Below are positions 1 through 15,796 of a stretch of DNA of 49,736 nucleotides, piece after piece. A program made the translations under genes and the position numbers. The stretch comes from Anaeramoeba ignava BMAN. Taxonomy: Eukaryota; Protista; Anaeramoebae. The notes beneath the pieces were generated by a model. It had not been told where the DNA came from, did not search any database, and saw nothing but the letters and a program-made list of their open reading frames with translations. Positions within the stretch are counted from its first letter, which is position 1. Every line of letters starts with the position of its first letter. The stretch is taken from the NCBI GenBank assembly GCA_028826165.1, contig JAPDFW010000048.1, positions 1 through 49,736 on the forward strand. Reading direction: 5' to 3'.

Positions 1-1360
1 TTCACAACCGCCAAAAACATTCCTTTATAAAGTTCGCTATTTGCAGCAAGAATGCATTTGTGAACTTTGAGTGAGTTATTTGCTAGTTCAATTTTGAAAT
101 TTTTCGATTTTTCATTTTCAAACATTTTCTGTAAATCTTGAGATAACTTTCGTTCTGCTTTTTGGCGATCCTCTTCAAAATCCATCCCAATTTTAGTTAA
201 AATTGCTGGTATTTTTTGATAATGTCCAATGCTTTTTGGTTCAAATGAACCGCTATAAATGTAAGTTAATAAACATCTTGATTCTGAATGATCAAGAAGT
301 CCGATTTCTCTTTCTAGTGTATCAATTGGCTCCGTTATTCGTGCTTCAAGGATATCTTTATGAGCTTGAATTGATTTCCCTTCAAAAGGAACAAAATCAA
401 TATCGCAAAGCAGTTGGTCATCAAAAAAAGAATGCATATTAACTGAAAGATCAGATCCAAATTGGAAACTATAAATATCATCAAAGAAGATTGTGTTATC
501 TTTTGCGCAACCAAAGAAAATCTAAATTAGAAAAACAACAATAAAAAAGCAAAAAAAAAAATTTTTTTCTTATTATTTTCTTTTAAAAAAAGCAAAAAAT
601 TGTTTTGCCTTCTTTAATTGATTTTCTTTTATAAAAAATTATTTTTTCTTCTTACCATCATTTTGTTATTTAAAAGAACCGCAGAATGGTCATTTCTTCC
701 ACAAGGAGCATTTGGATCTGAATCAAAAGAAAATCTTTTTTCCCAATTTCTCGTGACGAAGTTGAATATGCAAATATCATTATAATCCTTATCTTCACCG
801 TCTTCTTTGTAACCACCACCAAAAACAATCATTCTTTTTGATTTGGGATCGTATTTTGAAGTGTGAGAAATTCTTTCAGTAATTCCAGGAAATTCTTGAG
901 GATCTGGAATATTATTCCAAGTTGCACTTCTGAAATCAAACGCAAAAAGTCCGTTATTGATATTTTCCTGAAAATTAATTCCACCAAAAACAAACATTTC
1001 GTTTTCATGAACAAGAGCAGTATGTCCCATTCTTGATTTTGGAATTTGGCCTTTTCCTTGGATTTCATTCCATTCAAGATTTTTTAGATTTAGTTCGAAA
1101 ATTGATGAGTGATCGTTTCCTCCAAAAACATACATTGAGTCGTTATATAAAACTGAAGTTGGATAATATGAAACTGGAACTTTTTCGTTTGTTTCTAGTT
1201 TTTCCCATGTTCGGTTTTTTGTTTTGAACATGTATGTTTCGTTTGTTGTTCCAAATTTTTTTCTGTCTCCTCCAAAAATTATTAGATTATCTTCCATTAC
1301 AACTGATGAATTTCCCCATGTAATTGGTGGTATTTTTCCTTTTTGTTCCAATTCTTTCCA
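1..1360 (-). CDS. Kelch-repeat + tandem BTB/POZ protein (LZTR1-like architecture); 3' end runs off the window, 5' exon region garbled (fragments to ~2569)
   Basis: Exon 1360-656 encodes Kelch repeats (IIFGG, YVFGG, RMGHTA, FVFGG, GRNDHSAV). A GT-AG intron at 655-522 is followed by exon 521-1, which reads IFFGCAKDN...LCDIDF...IQAHKDILEAR...VHKCILAANSELYKGMF (two BTB-like units). N-terminal fragments (MCI, KWTK, IEPFLNPTPRAANFSCT, TLDYHGDMFEFDLITNK) are scattered in 1680-2569. Confidence 0.8.
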
Positions 1361-1399
1361 CTTTTTTATGAATTTTTGAAATTTTAAATTTTTATCCGA

Positions 1400-2560
1400 T
1401 TTTAATTTTCAAAATGAATTTTAAAATGAATTTTAATTTTAATTTTAATTTTAATTTTATAAATGAATTTTAATTTCAAAATGAATTTTAATTTTAATTT
1501 TAATTTCAATTTTAATTTTAATTTTAATTTTAATTTCAAAATGAATTTTAATTTTAATTTTAATTTCAAAATAAATTTTAATTTTAATTTTAATTTTAAT
1601 TTTAATTTTATAAATGAATTTTAATTTTAATTTTAATTCAAAATGAATCTTTTAACTATTTTTAATTTAAAATTTTATTTTTAAGTACATTTTAATGCAG
1701 CTTTTGGTGTTTTAATTTTAATTTGGTTTTTGTCCATTTTTTAAATTTTAATTATTAATTTAATTATAAATTTAATTATAAATTCAATTTAAATTTAAAT
1801 AAATTTCATTTTAATTTATAAATTAATTTAAATTTAAAAATAAATTTAATTTAATTTTAATTTAAATTTAATTTTAAATTTAATTTTAAATTTAATTATA
1901 AATTTAATTTTAATTTTAATTTAAAAATAATTTTAAATTTAATTAAAATTAATTTTAAATTTAATTTATTTGTAATTAAATCAAATTCAAACATATCTCC
2001 ATGATAATCTAATGTTCTCCAAAAACCTTTACTATTTATAATTATAAAAATTATAAATTTAATTATAAAGTACATGAGAAATTTGCAGCTCTTGGTGTTG
2101 GATTTAAAAATGGTTCAATTTTTATAAATTTATAAGAAATTAAATAAATTTAATTATAAATTTAATTATGAATTTAATTATAATTTAATTTATTATAAAT
2201 TTAATTATAAATTTAATTATAAATATAATTATAAATTATAAATATAATTATAAAATTTAATTATAAATTTAATTATAAATTTAATTATAAATTTAATTAT
2301 AAATTTAATTATAAATTTTAAATTGAAATTAAATTTTAATTATAAATTTAATTATAAATTTTGATATAAATTTAATTATAAATTTAATTATAAAGTTAAT
2401 TATAAATTTAATTTAATTATAAATTTAATTATAAATTTAATTATAAATTTAATTATAAATGAAAAATGAAAAATGAAAAATGATTTTTCTGTTTTTAATT
2501 TTTGATTGGAAAAAATTATTAATTTAATTATAAATTTATTTTAAATTTAATTATAAATTT
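1400..2560. repeat. Low-complexity (TTTTAA)n / (AATTTAATTATA)n region intermixed with Kelch exon fragments
   Basis: Visible 6- and 12-mer periodicity. A ~55-bp direct repeat occurs at ~2461-2515 and ~2583-2637. Confidence 0.7.
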
Positions 2561-2651
2561 TATACACATTTTTGTTTTAAATGAAAAATGAAAAATGAAA
2601 AATGATTTTTCTGTTTTTAATTTTTGATTGGAAAAATTCAAACAAAAATTT

Positions 2652-5057
2652 TTATTTTCCTAAAACAATTGCATTAATCATTGAACTAAAAAAATAAATA
2701 AAACAAATTAAACAAAAACAAAAACAAAAAAATTAAATTAAATTTTTTTATCCGATTTTTTTGGATTAATTTTAAATAATTACTCCCAGAATTTTTCAAC
2801 TTCTACTTTGAAACAAACATGAACATTTTTTGGTTTTTGAGTTGATTGATAAATATCAACAACAGTTTGACCAAAACTTAAAGGAGAACAACATTCAATA
2901 TCAACTCGTAATCTTTTTTCTTGAAAAATTGATGGATTAACAACATATTGAACTGCAACCTTTAATTATTAAAAATCGGATAAAAAATTTAAATATAAAA
3001 TTTAATATAAAATTTAATATAAAATTTAATAAAAAATTAAATATAAAATTTAAATAATAAATTTAAATATAAAATTTAATATAAAATTTAATAATAAATT
3101 TTATTTTGTTTTGTTTTGTTTTGTTTTGTTTTGTTTTGTTTTGTTTTTAACTGGATCATGAAGTGGTGGATCTTCCATCATAAAAACAGTTGCATAAGTT
3201 TTTTGAAAAAATCGAAGTAAATTTTCACATAATTTTCCAAATTTCGAATTTTCAGTTTCTTTTCTAATTCTTTCAAAAATTTGTTCTGTTACAAGAACTG
3301 TATGTGAAACTTCAAGAGGAACCTAAATAAATTTCCAATTTTGAATTTGAATTTGAATTTGAATTTGAATTTGAATTTGATTTTGATTTTTGATTTTGAT
3401 TTTGATTTTGATTTTCATTTTGATTTTGATTTTGATTTTGATTTTGATTTTGATTTTCATTTTAATTTTGATTTTGATTATAATTTTCATTTTGAATTTA
3501 AATTTTCATTTTGATTTTGAATTTTGAATTTGATTTTGATTTTCATTTTGATTTTGATTTTGATTTTGATTTTTGAATTTGATTTTGATTTTCATTTTGA
3601 TTTTGAATTTGATTTTGAATTTGATTTTGATTTTCATTTTGATTTTGAATTTGAATTTGATTTTGAATTTGATTTTAATTTTGATTTTGATTTTGATTTT
3701 GATTTTGATTTTGATTTTGATTTTGATTTTGATTTTGATTTTGATTTTGATTTTGAATTTGATTTTGATTATAATTTTCATTTTGAATTTAAATTTTCAT
3801 TTTGATTTTGAATTTGAATTTGATTTTGAATTTGATTTTGATTTAGATTTTGATTTTGATTTTGATTTTGATTTTGATTTTGATTTTGATTTTCATTTTG
3901 AATTTGAATTTGAATTTGATTTTTATTTTCAATTTTGATTTTGAATTTGAATTTGATATTGAATTTGATATTGATTTTCATTTTAATTTTGATTTTGATT
4001 TTGATTTTGATTTTGATTTTGATTTTGATTTTGATTTTGATTTTGATTTTGATTTTGATTTTGATTTTGATTTTGATTTTGATTTTGATTTTCAAATTGA
4101 TTTTGATTTTGATTTTGATTTTCAAATTGATTTTGATTTTGATTTTGATTTTTAAAATGATTTTGATTTTGATTTTGATTTTGATTTTGAAAATGATTTT
4201 GAATAATAATCCAAAAAAATACCATAACAATCTTTAAATCTTCTTCACCTAAATCAAAAAGAATTTTAGCAGCATGAGGATCACCTAAAATATTAAATTC
4301 AGAAACTGGAGTAATATTTCCCGAACCTTTCAATTCCAAATGAAAAAAAATTGATAAATAAAAATTGATAAATAAATAGGTCAAAATAAAACTTGAAACA
4401 ATCAAATAATAAATAATATAATCCTACCAATAGCACCAGCCAACAAAACAACTTGTTGAATTTTCTTAGTCAATTCAGGATAAAGAGTAAATAATAAAGC
4501 AATATTAGTTAATCTTGCAGTGCAAACAAGTGTAATAGGTTTTTCTTGTTTTTCTATAAATTCAGCAAGAAAAACAACACCTTTCTGAATAACTTTGCCA
4601 TCCTTCACATTAACTGGAGATACTTCCACTGGGGGAAACTCAGTTCCATCTAATCCAGTTTCTCCATGAATTTCAGGACAAACTCTTTCTTTTATCATCA
4701 ATGGAAAATCTTGACCTTGAATAACTGGAATATTTTGTTTTCCAATAACAGTTAATGTTTTTAAAGCACTTTTATCAATTTCAATTTGATATCCAAACAA
4801 AATTTAATCCAACAACAAATTTTATAATTTGAATTTATTTTTATAATTTGAATTTTTTTTATAATTTGAATTTTTATAATTTGAATTTATTTTATAATTT
4901 ATTTTATCAACTTTTGTGTTGTTTTTTGTATTGTTTGATTTCCTCCTTCTGTAATTATTGCTTTTAAATCTATTCTAGATGAAAAACTTGATAAAATTAT
5001 TGCAAAAGAATCATCATGTCCAGGATCACAATCTAAAATAACTGGAATTTTTTCCAT
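2652..5057 (-). CDS. Inosine-uridine preferring nucleoside hydrolase family protein (~323 aa)
   Basis: Exons 5057-4912, 4768-4428, 4326-4223, 3322-3152, 2959-2784 and 2685-2652, all GT-AG with consistent phases. Motifs: LDCDPGHDD, GNQT, IHGETGLDG, SEFNILGDPHAA, VPLEVSH, PPLHDPVAV. Confidence 0.93.
3340..4200. repeat. (TTTTGA)n hexamer microsatellite inside nucleoside hydrolase intron 3
   Basis: Direct inspection; the array produces the spurious FD/IL/KI/QN ORFs. Confidence 0.95.
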
Positions 5058-5268
5058 TTTTTGTTTTGTTTTGTTTTTAAAAAAAAATGAAAATTAAAAA
5101 AATTAAAAAAAATTTTTTTTCTTGTTTGAAAAAAAAAAATTTGATTTGTTTATTTCAAAGATCCATCATAAATACATCATTATCATCAAAATATTAATAT
5201 TTTTTTTAAAAAAAAAAAAAGTGGAATGAAAAAAAAAAATGAAAAATGAAATATAAAATAATCTTTAA

Positions 5269-7214
5269 TCATTTATCAGTAAAACATTTAGTAAAAAGTT
5301 TAGATTTTGTTTTGCGAAGATGAGCAGTTAAAATTTCTCGAACTTTTTCATCTTTTATTAAATCATAAGCAGTTTTTCCCTAAATAAAAAAAAATAAAAT
5401 ACAAGACAAGATTAATTTAAATTTAATTTCATTTTAATTGAAAAAATTTCTAAAATTATTTTTTTTTACATCCTTTTTTTTTTTAAAATCAAAAAATTTT
5501 TTAGAATTAAATTTGTTTTTTTTTCTTGGTGTTTTTTTCCTTTTACTTGATTTTGTTTATTAATTGCTGCTCCTGATTCTAATAAAAATTTTATTAGTTC
5601 TTCATAATTATTATCAACTGCAAGCATTAATGGTGTATCTCCCTTTAAAAAAATAAAATAAAAAAAAAAAAATTGATTGATTATTTTTTATTGAAAATTT
5701 ATTGATATATTTTTTTATTCAAAATTTACAACCTTTTTAAATTAAATTAAATTGAATTTTAAATTGAATTTAAATTTAAATTTAAAATTTCAATAATATT
5801 TTTAAATTACTTTATCTTGAGAATTAATTTTTGCTCCTTTTTCTAAAAGTAATTTTACAATATTTAATTGATCATTCATGCATGCATAATGTAATGCACT
5901 ATCTCCCTATTAAAATGTATAATTTTATCATTTAAATTTATTTTATTCCAATTTAAAATAAAAAATTACATTCTTTTTTTATGATTTGATTTTTTTTTTA
6001 AAAAAAATAAATTATTCTTCTTTTATTTTTTATTTTGAATATTTTACTTTCTAAATCATTTCCAAATAATTTCAATTTAAATTCAAAAATAATATTTTTT
6101 AATTAATTTTTCAAATACTTTATCCATATGATTTAATTTAGGTTTATATTTCAGTAATTCTTTAACAATTTCTTCATGTCCTTCTTGACTTGCAATAATT
6201 AAAGGAGTTGCTCCCTTTTGTTTTTGATTTGAAAAAAAAAAACTTTCAATTAAATCTAACAATCAATTTTTATTTGAAAAATTTTCAATTACACTCTATA
6301 ATTTTTTTAAATGATATTTTTGTTTTCCATTAAAAATTTTTTTTATATTCATTTTTTTTTTGCACAAACATGATTTGTAATATTTATTTGAGCTTTATTT
6401 TTCAAAAGAATTTTCAAAATTGCTAAATGTCCATTTTGACAAGCAATATAAATTGGAGAAGTTCCCTTCAAATAGAATTACATAAGAAATTTAAATAAAA
6501 TTTAAATAAAATTTTAAAAAGAGAATTAATTAAATTTAAAAAGAGAATTAATTAAATTTAAAAAGAGAATTAATTAAAATTTTAAAAAGAGAATTAAATT
6601 TAAAAAGAGAATTAATTAATTACTTTCTATTAAAATTAAAATTAAAATTAAAATTAAAAATTAAAATTAAAATTAAAATTAAAATTTCAAATTAAAATTA
6701 AAATCAAAATTAAAATTTCAAATTAAAAATACATTATTTTTAGCATTTATATTTGCATTTTTTTTAATTAAATATTTTGTAATTTCAACATGACCTTTAT
6801 GTGCAGCAATTAATAAAGGTGTCCATCCCTAAAAACAATTATTTTTTATCTTTAAGCATTTGATTTTTTAATATAATTCAAAAAAATTTACTTCCTTTTA
6901 AATAATAATTAAAACCAAAATTAAAATAATAAATTAAAATAATAATTAAAATAATAATTAAAATAATAATTTAAATAATATTTAAATAATAATTAAAATA
7001 ATAAATTCTTTATCATTTTTTTACATCATTTTCAATGTTGACATTCACTCCTTTATGTATACTTTCTTTTACTTTTTCTAAATCATTTGCAATAATTGCA
7101 GCAGCTATTGTTTGAAACTGAATATAAGTGTTTATAAATAGAATTTTAATTTTAATTTTAATTTTAATTCTCAATTTTAATTAAATTTGATTTATAAAAT
7201 ACTTCATGAGCCAT
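5269..7214 (-). CDS. Ankyrin-repeat protein (~237-238 aa) built from 96-nt exons plus 3-nt microexons
   Basis: Exons: 7214-7203 (MAHE), 7117-7025, [6894-6892 GAA], 6828-6733 (GWTPLLIAAHKGH...), [6626-6624 AAA], 6465-6370 (GTSPIYIACQNGH...), [6295-6293 AGT], 6214-6119 (GATPLIIASQEGH...), [6050-6048 AAA and/or 5972-5970 AAT], 5906-5811 (GDSALHYACMND...), [5732-5730 GTT], 5642-5547 (GDTPLMLAVDNN...), [5472-5470 GAT], 5379-5269 (GKTAYDL...TDK*). All introns are phase 0 GT-AG. The gene is absent from the ORF track. Confidence 0.9.
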
Positions 7215-7387
7215 TAGAATAAAGAATAAAAGGAAAAAAATGAAAAAAAAAAAATTAATTAAAAAAGAAGAAAAAAAAAATAAAAATAAAAAAAGGAGAA
7301 AAAATTTTTTTTCATTTTTTTTTCATTTTTTTTTCATTTTTTTTAAACAAATTTTACTTAACAAAAACAATAAAAAAACTAAAAGAG
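7215..7387. promoter_or_regulatory. Putative bidirectional promoter between the ankyrin gene and ORMDL
   Basis: Divergent ATGs are 173 bp apart, with an A-tract followed by a T-tract between them. Confidence 0.4.
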
Positions 7388-8374
<987 letters not shown>

Positions 8375-8865
8375 ATTTGATTTCAAAATTCAAAACTTAA
8401 ATTTTAAATTTAAAATTTAAAATTCTTTTGAAATGTTATGTTGGTTGATTTTTCATTATTGAAGTTTTTTTTCTTTTTCTTCTTTTTCTTTTTCTTTTTC
8501 TTTCTTTCTTTTTTTGTGTTTAAGAATTCCTTTTTAAAAAAAAAAAAAACAAATTCAAATAAAATTTCAATCAAAAAAAAAAAAGGAATTTTAAAGGTTT
8601 TTTCTTTTGTTAAATTTTACTCTTGTAATTGGAAATTTTTTAATTAGAAAAATTAAAATTAAAATTAAAATAAGAATTAAAATTAGAATTAGAATTAGAA
8701 TTAGAATTAGAATTAGAATTAGAATAAATCAATTCTCTTCTTCTTCTTCTTCTTCTTCTCTTTTCTTTGGAAAACAAAACAAAAAAAAATGGAAAAAAAA
8801 AATTATTTTCTTTTTGAAAAAATTAAATTTGTTTTGAAAAGTAAAAATTGTTACAGAATAGAGAC

Positions 8866-13026
<4,161 letters not shown>

Positions 13027-13645
13027 TTTAAAAAAAAATATAAGAAAGGGGTTTCAAAATTAAAAAAAAAAATAAATTTAAAAAAATTAAAAAAATTAAA
13101 ATTTTTTTTTTCTTCTTTTTTCTTTTTTCTTTTTTTCTTTTCTTCTTTTAAAAAAAAAAATCAAAATTCATTTCAAAAACAATTCATTTTTTTTTCCTTT
13201 TCAAGTAAACAAGATCTCTTAAAAAAAAAATTTCATTCCATTTTTTTCTAATTCCTAATTTAATTGATCAAATTCATCTTTAATTTTAATTTTAATTTTA
13301 ATTTAATTTTGATTTTAATTTTAATTTTAATTTTAATTTAATTTTGATTTTAATTTTAATTTTAATTTTAATTTTAATTTTGATTTTAATTTTAATTTTA
13401 ATTTTAATTTTAATTTTAATTTTAATTTTAATTTTAATTTTAATTTTAATTTTAATTTTGGTTTTTAATTTTAATTTTAATTTTAATTTTAATTTTTGAT
13501 TTTGGTTTTAATTTTAATTTTAATTTTGATTTTGATTTTAATTTTAATTTTGATTTTGATTTTAATTTTAATTTTGATTTTGATTTTGATTTTGATTTTA
13601 ATTTTAATTTTGATTTTGATTTTAATTTTAATTTTGATTTTAATT

Positions 13646-15397
13646 TTAATTTTGATTATTAAATTTGTTAATTAATAAATCAAATAAATTTGGATTTGTT
13701 TGATTTAATTGAAAATAATCAATTCCTGTTTCAAGTTCATTAATTATTTCTTGTGTAATTTGAATTTCATTTTTAATTTGATTTGAATAAATCCAATATT
13801 CAAATATTTCAAATGATTTATTACTTAATTCACTATAATCTGTAACTTTATTAGATTTATCTTCTGTTACAGATAAAAACATTCCTCGATATAATTCACT
13901 TCTCATTATTAATATTAATTTAGGAAATTTATATTGTTTTTCTTTTCTTTCAATTATAAAATCTTTTTCATTTTCATTTAAATAAATTCTTTTCATTGTT
14001 TCTTCAATTTTTTCATTTAAATTTATAATTTCTTTAATTTCACAATATAATATTGGATTTATTATTCTGTTTGAATAAATCATTTCAAATATTTGATTTG
14101 ATTCTTTAATTGATTTTTTTGAAATAATTTCTTGAAGTTTTTCAATTTGATTTTCATTTTGATTTAATCTATATTTCAATATTAATTTATGAGCTTCAAT
14201 TATTTCTCCATCTTGAGTTTTAAATGAAATATCACAAAATTCTTTTCTTTTAAATAGTTTTATCAAATCTTCTTCAATATTAGAAAAAGAAAAAGGAGAA
14301 TAATAAAGAAATGATTTATTTTCTCCACAATAAATATGATAATTGGAAATATCTTCATTAAATCTTAATTTAGGAAGTTCAATTTGAATTGGAATTGATT
14401 GATCATTTGTATCTCCAGTTCCTAATTCACCATAAAAATTTCTTCCAAATCCAATTAATTTTGAATTGGAAGTTAAAATCAAACTATGAGGATCACCAAC
14501 AGAAAAATCAAGAATAATATCATCATTTTCAAATAAAGATGATTTAATTTCAGTAAATTCATAAGTATTTTCATCTTTGCCAAGTCCATTAAATTGATAA
14601 TTTCCACATGAATAAAATTTTCTTTTTGGATTTTGATTTTCATTTTCAATCAACATTATTGAATGAAAATATCCACATTGAATATCAATTATTTTGCCTT
14701 TTGGAATATTTTGTATTTGGGTTAATTTTTGGATTTTTGTTTCTTCTTTTATTGATTCTCCTAATCCAAGTTGACCATATTCATTATTCCCGCATCCAAA
14801 TAATTCTTGATTTGAATTTAAAAGAAAAACATGATTTGAAGAATTTCCTGAAAATATTTTAGAAACATTTTTCATCATTAAAATTGGTTTTTCTGTTTTT
14901 TCCATTGTCCAAAAACCAAGTTGACCATAATGATTATCACCAATTCCATAAGCATTTTGATTTGAAGTTAATAAGTAAATTGAACCAACTCCAGAAACAA
15001 TATCTTCAATTATTCTATCATTTTTATCTTCAATTAATGATGAAATATTGATAAATTCATTTCGATTTTCTGGATTAATATCATATCCTTTGGCAAATAC
15101 ATTTCCTTCTTTTGTTAAAATAGCTACATTAAAACAACCAACAGTTACTTTTTGAATATTTTCAATTTGGATTTTAAAAGGATTTTGATTTGAATCTCTT
15201 AAGTATTCTATTGCTTTTCCATTTTTAAAAAGGAAAATTGTTGAAAATCTTCCTGATGAAATTTGTTTAATTTGTTTTTCATTTTCATTTTCATTTTCAT
15301 TTTCAAATTTAAATTGAATTGGTTTTGTTATTGTTTCTGTTTCATTTTTAATAAGAATTGGTTTTTCATTTTCACCAAAAAATAAAATTTCATTCAT
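13646..15397 (-). CDS. RCC1-repeat beta-propeller + tandem BTB protein, array copy 1 (intact, intronless, 583 aa)
   Basis: RCC1 motifs GIGDNHYGQLG, GCGNNEYGQLGLG and GFGRNFYGELGTG. BTB motifs FCDISF...AHKLILKYR and KDFII...LILIMRSELYRGMF. Confidence 0.88.
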   Translation of the reverse strand: MNEILFFGENEKPILIKNETETITKPIQFKFENENENENEKQIKQISSGRFSTIFLFKNGKAIEYLRDSNQNPFKIQIENIQKVTVGCFNVAILTKEGNVFAKGYDINPENRNEFINISSLIEDKNDRIIEDIVSGVGSIYLLTSNQNAYGIGDNHYGQLGFWTMEKTEKPILMMKNVSKIFSGNSSNHVFLLNSNQELFGCGNNEYGQLGLGESIKEETKIQKLTQIQNIPKGKIIDIQCGYFHSIMLIENENQNPKRKFYSCGNYQFNGLGKDENTYEFTEIKSSLFENDDIILDFSVGDPHSLILTSNSKLIGFGRNFYGELGTGDTNDQSIPIQIELPKLRFNEDISNYHIYCGENKSFLYYSPFSFSNIEEDLIKLFKRKEFCDISFKTQDGEIIEAHKLILKYRLNQNENQIEKLQEIISKKSIKESNQIFEMIYSNRIINPILYCEIKEIINLNEKIEETMKRIYLNENEKDFIIERKEKQYKFPKLILIMRSELYRGMFLSVTEDKSNKVTDYSELSNKSFEIFEYWIYSNQIKNEIQITQEIINELETGIDYFQLNQTNPNLFDLLINKFNNQN

Positions 15398-15796
15398 TTT
15401 TGAAAAGAAAAAAAATGAAAAAACGTTTTTTGGATTTTTAATTTTGATTTTAATTTTGATTTTAATTTTAATTTTAATTTTATTTTTGATTTTAATTTTA
15501 ATTTTAATTTTAATTTTAATTTTGATTTTGATTTTAATTTTAATTTTAATTTTATTTTTGATTTTGATTTTAATTTTAAATAATTTTAATTTTAATTTTA
15601 ATTTTAATTTTGATTTTGATTTTAATTTTAATATTAATTTTAATTATTAATTTTAATTTTAATTTTAATTTTGATTTTAATTTTAATATTAATTTTAATT
15701 TTAATTTTAATTTTAATTTTAATTTTAATTTTAATTTTAATTTTAATTTTAATTTTAATTTTAATTTTGATTTTAATTTTAAATTGAATTTTAATT

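Noticed and set aside
1685-1740. Apparent first exon MDKNQIKIKTPKAALK with a non-canonical splice to 1360
   Set aside because: The phase does not fit GT-AG; it is better explained as a garbled copy of the KWTK...TPRAA..CT exon.
3506-4237. ORFs of poly-IL/FD/KI/QN (also 7555-7995, 9606-9930, 10804-11407, 15444-15825, 27889-28360, 31828-32580, 35571-35885, 36523-36903)
   Set aside because: They are translations of stop-free microsatellites in introns or intergenic DNA.
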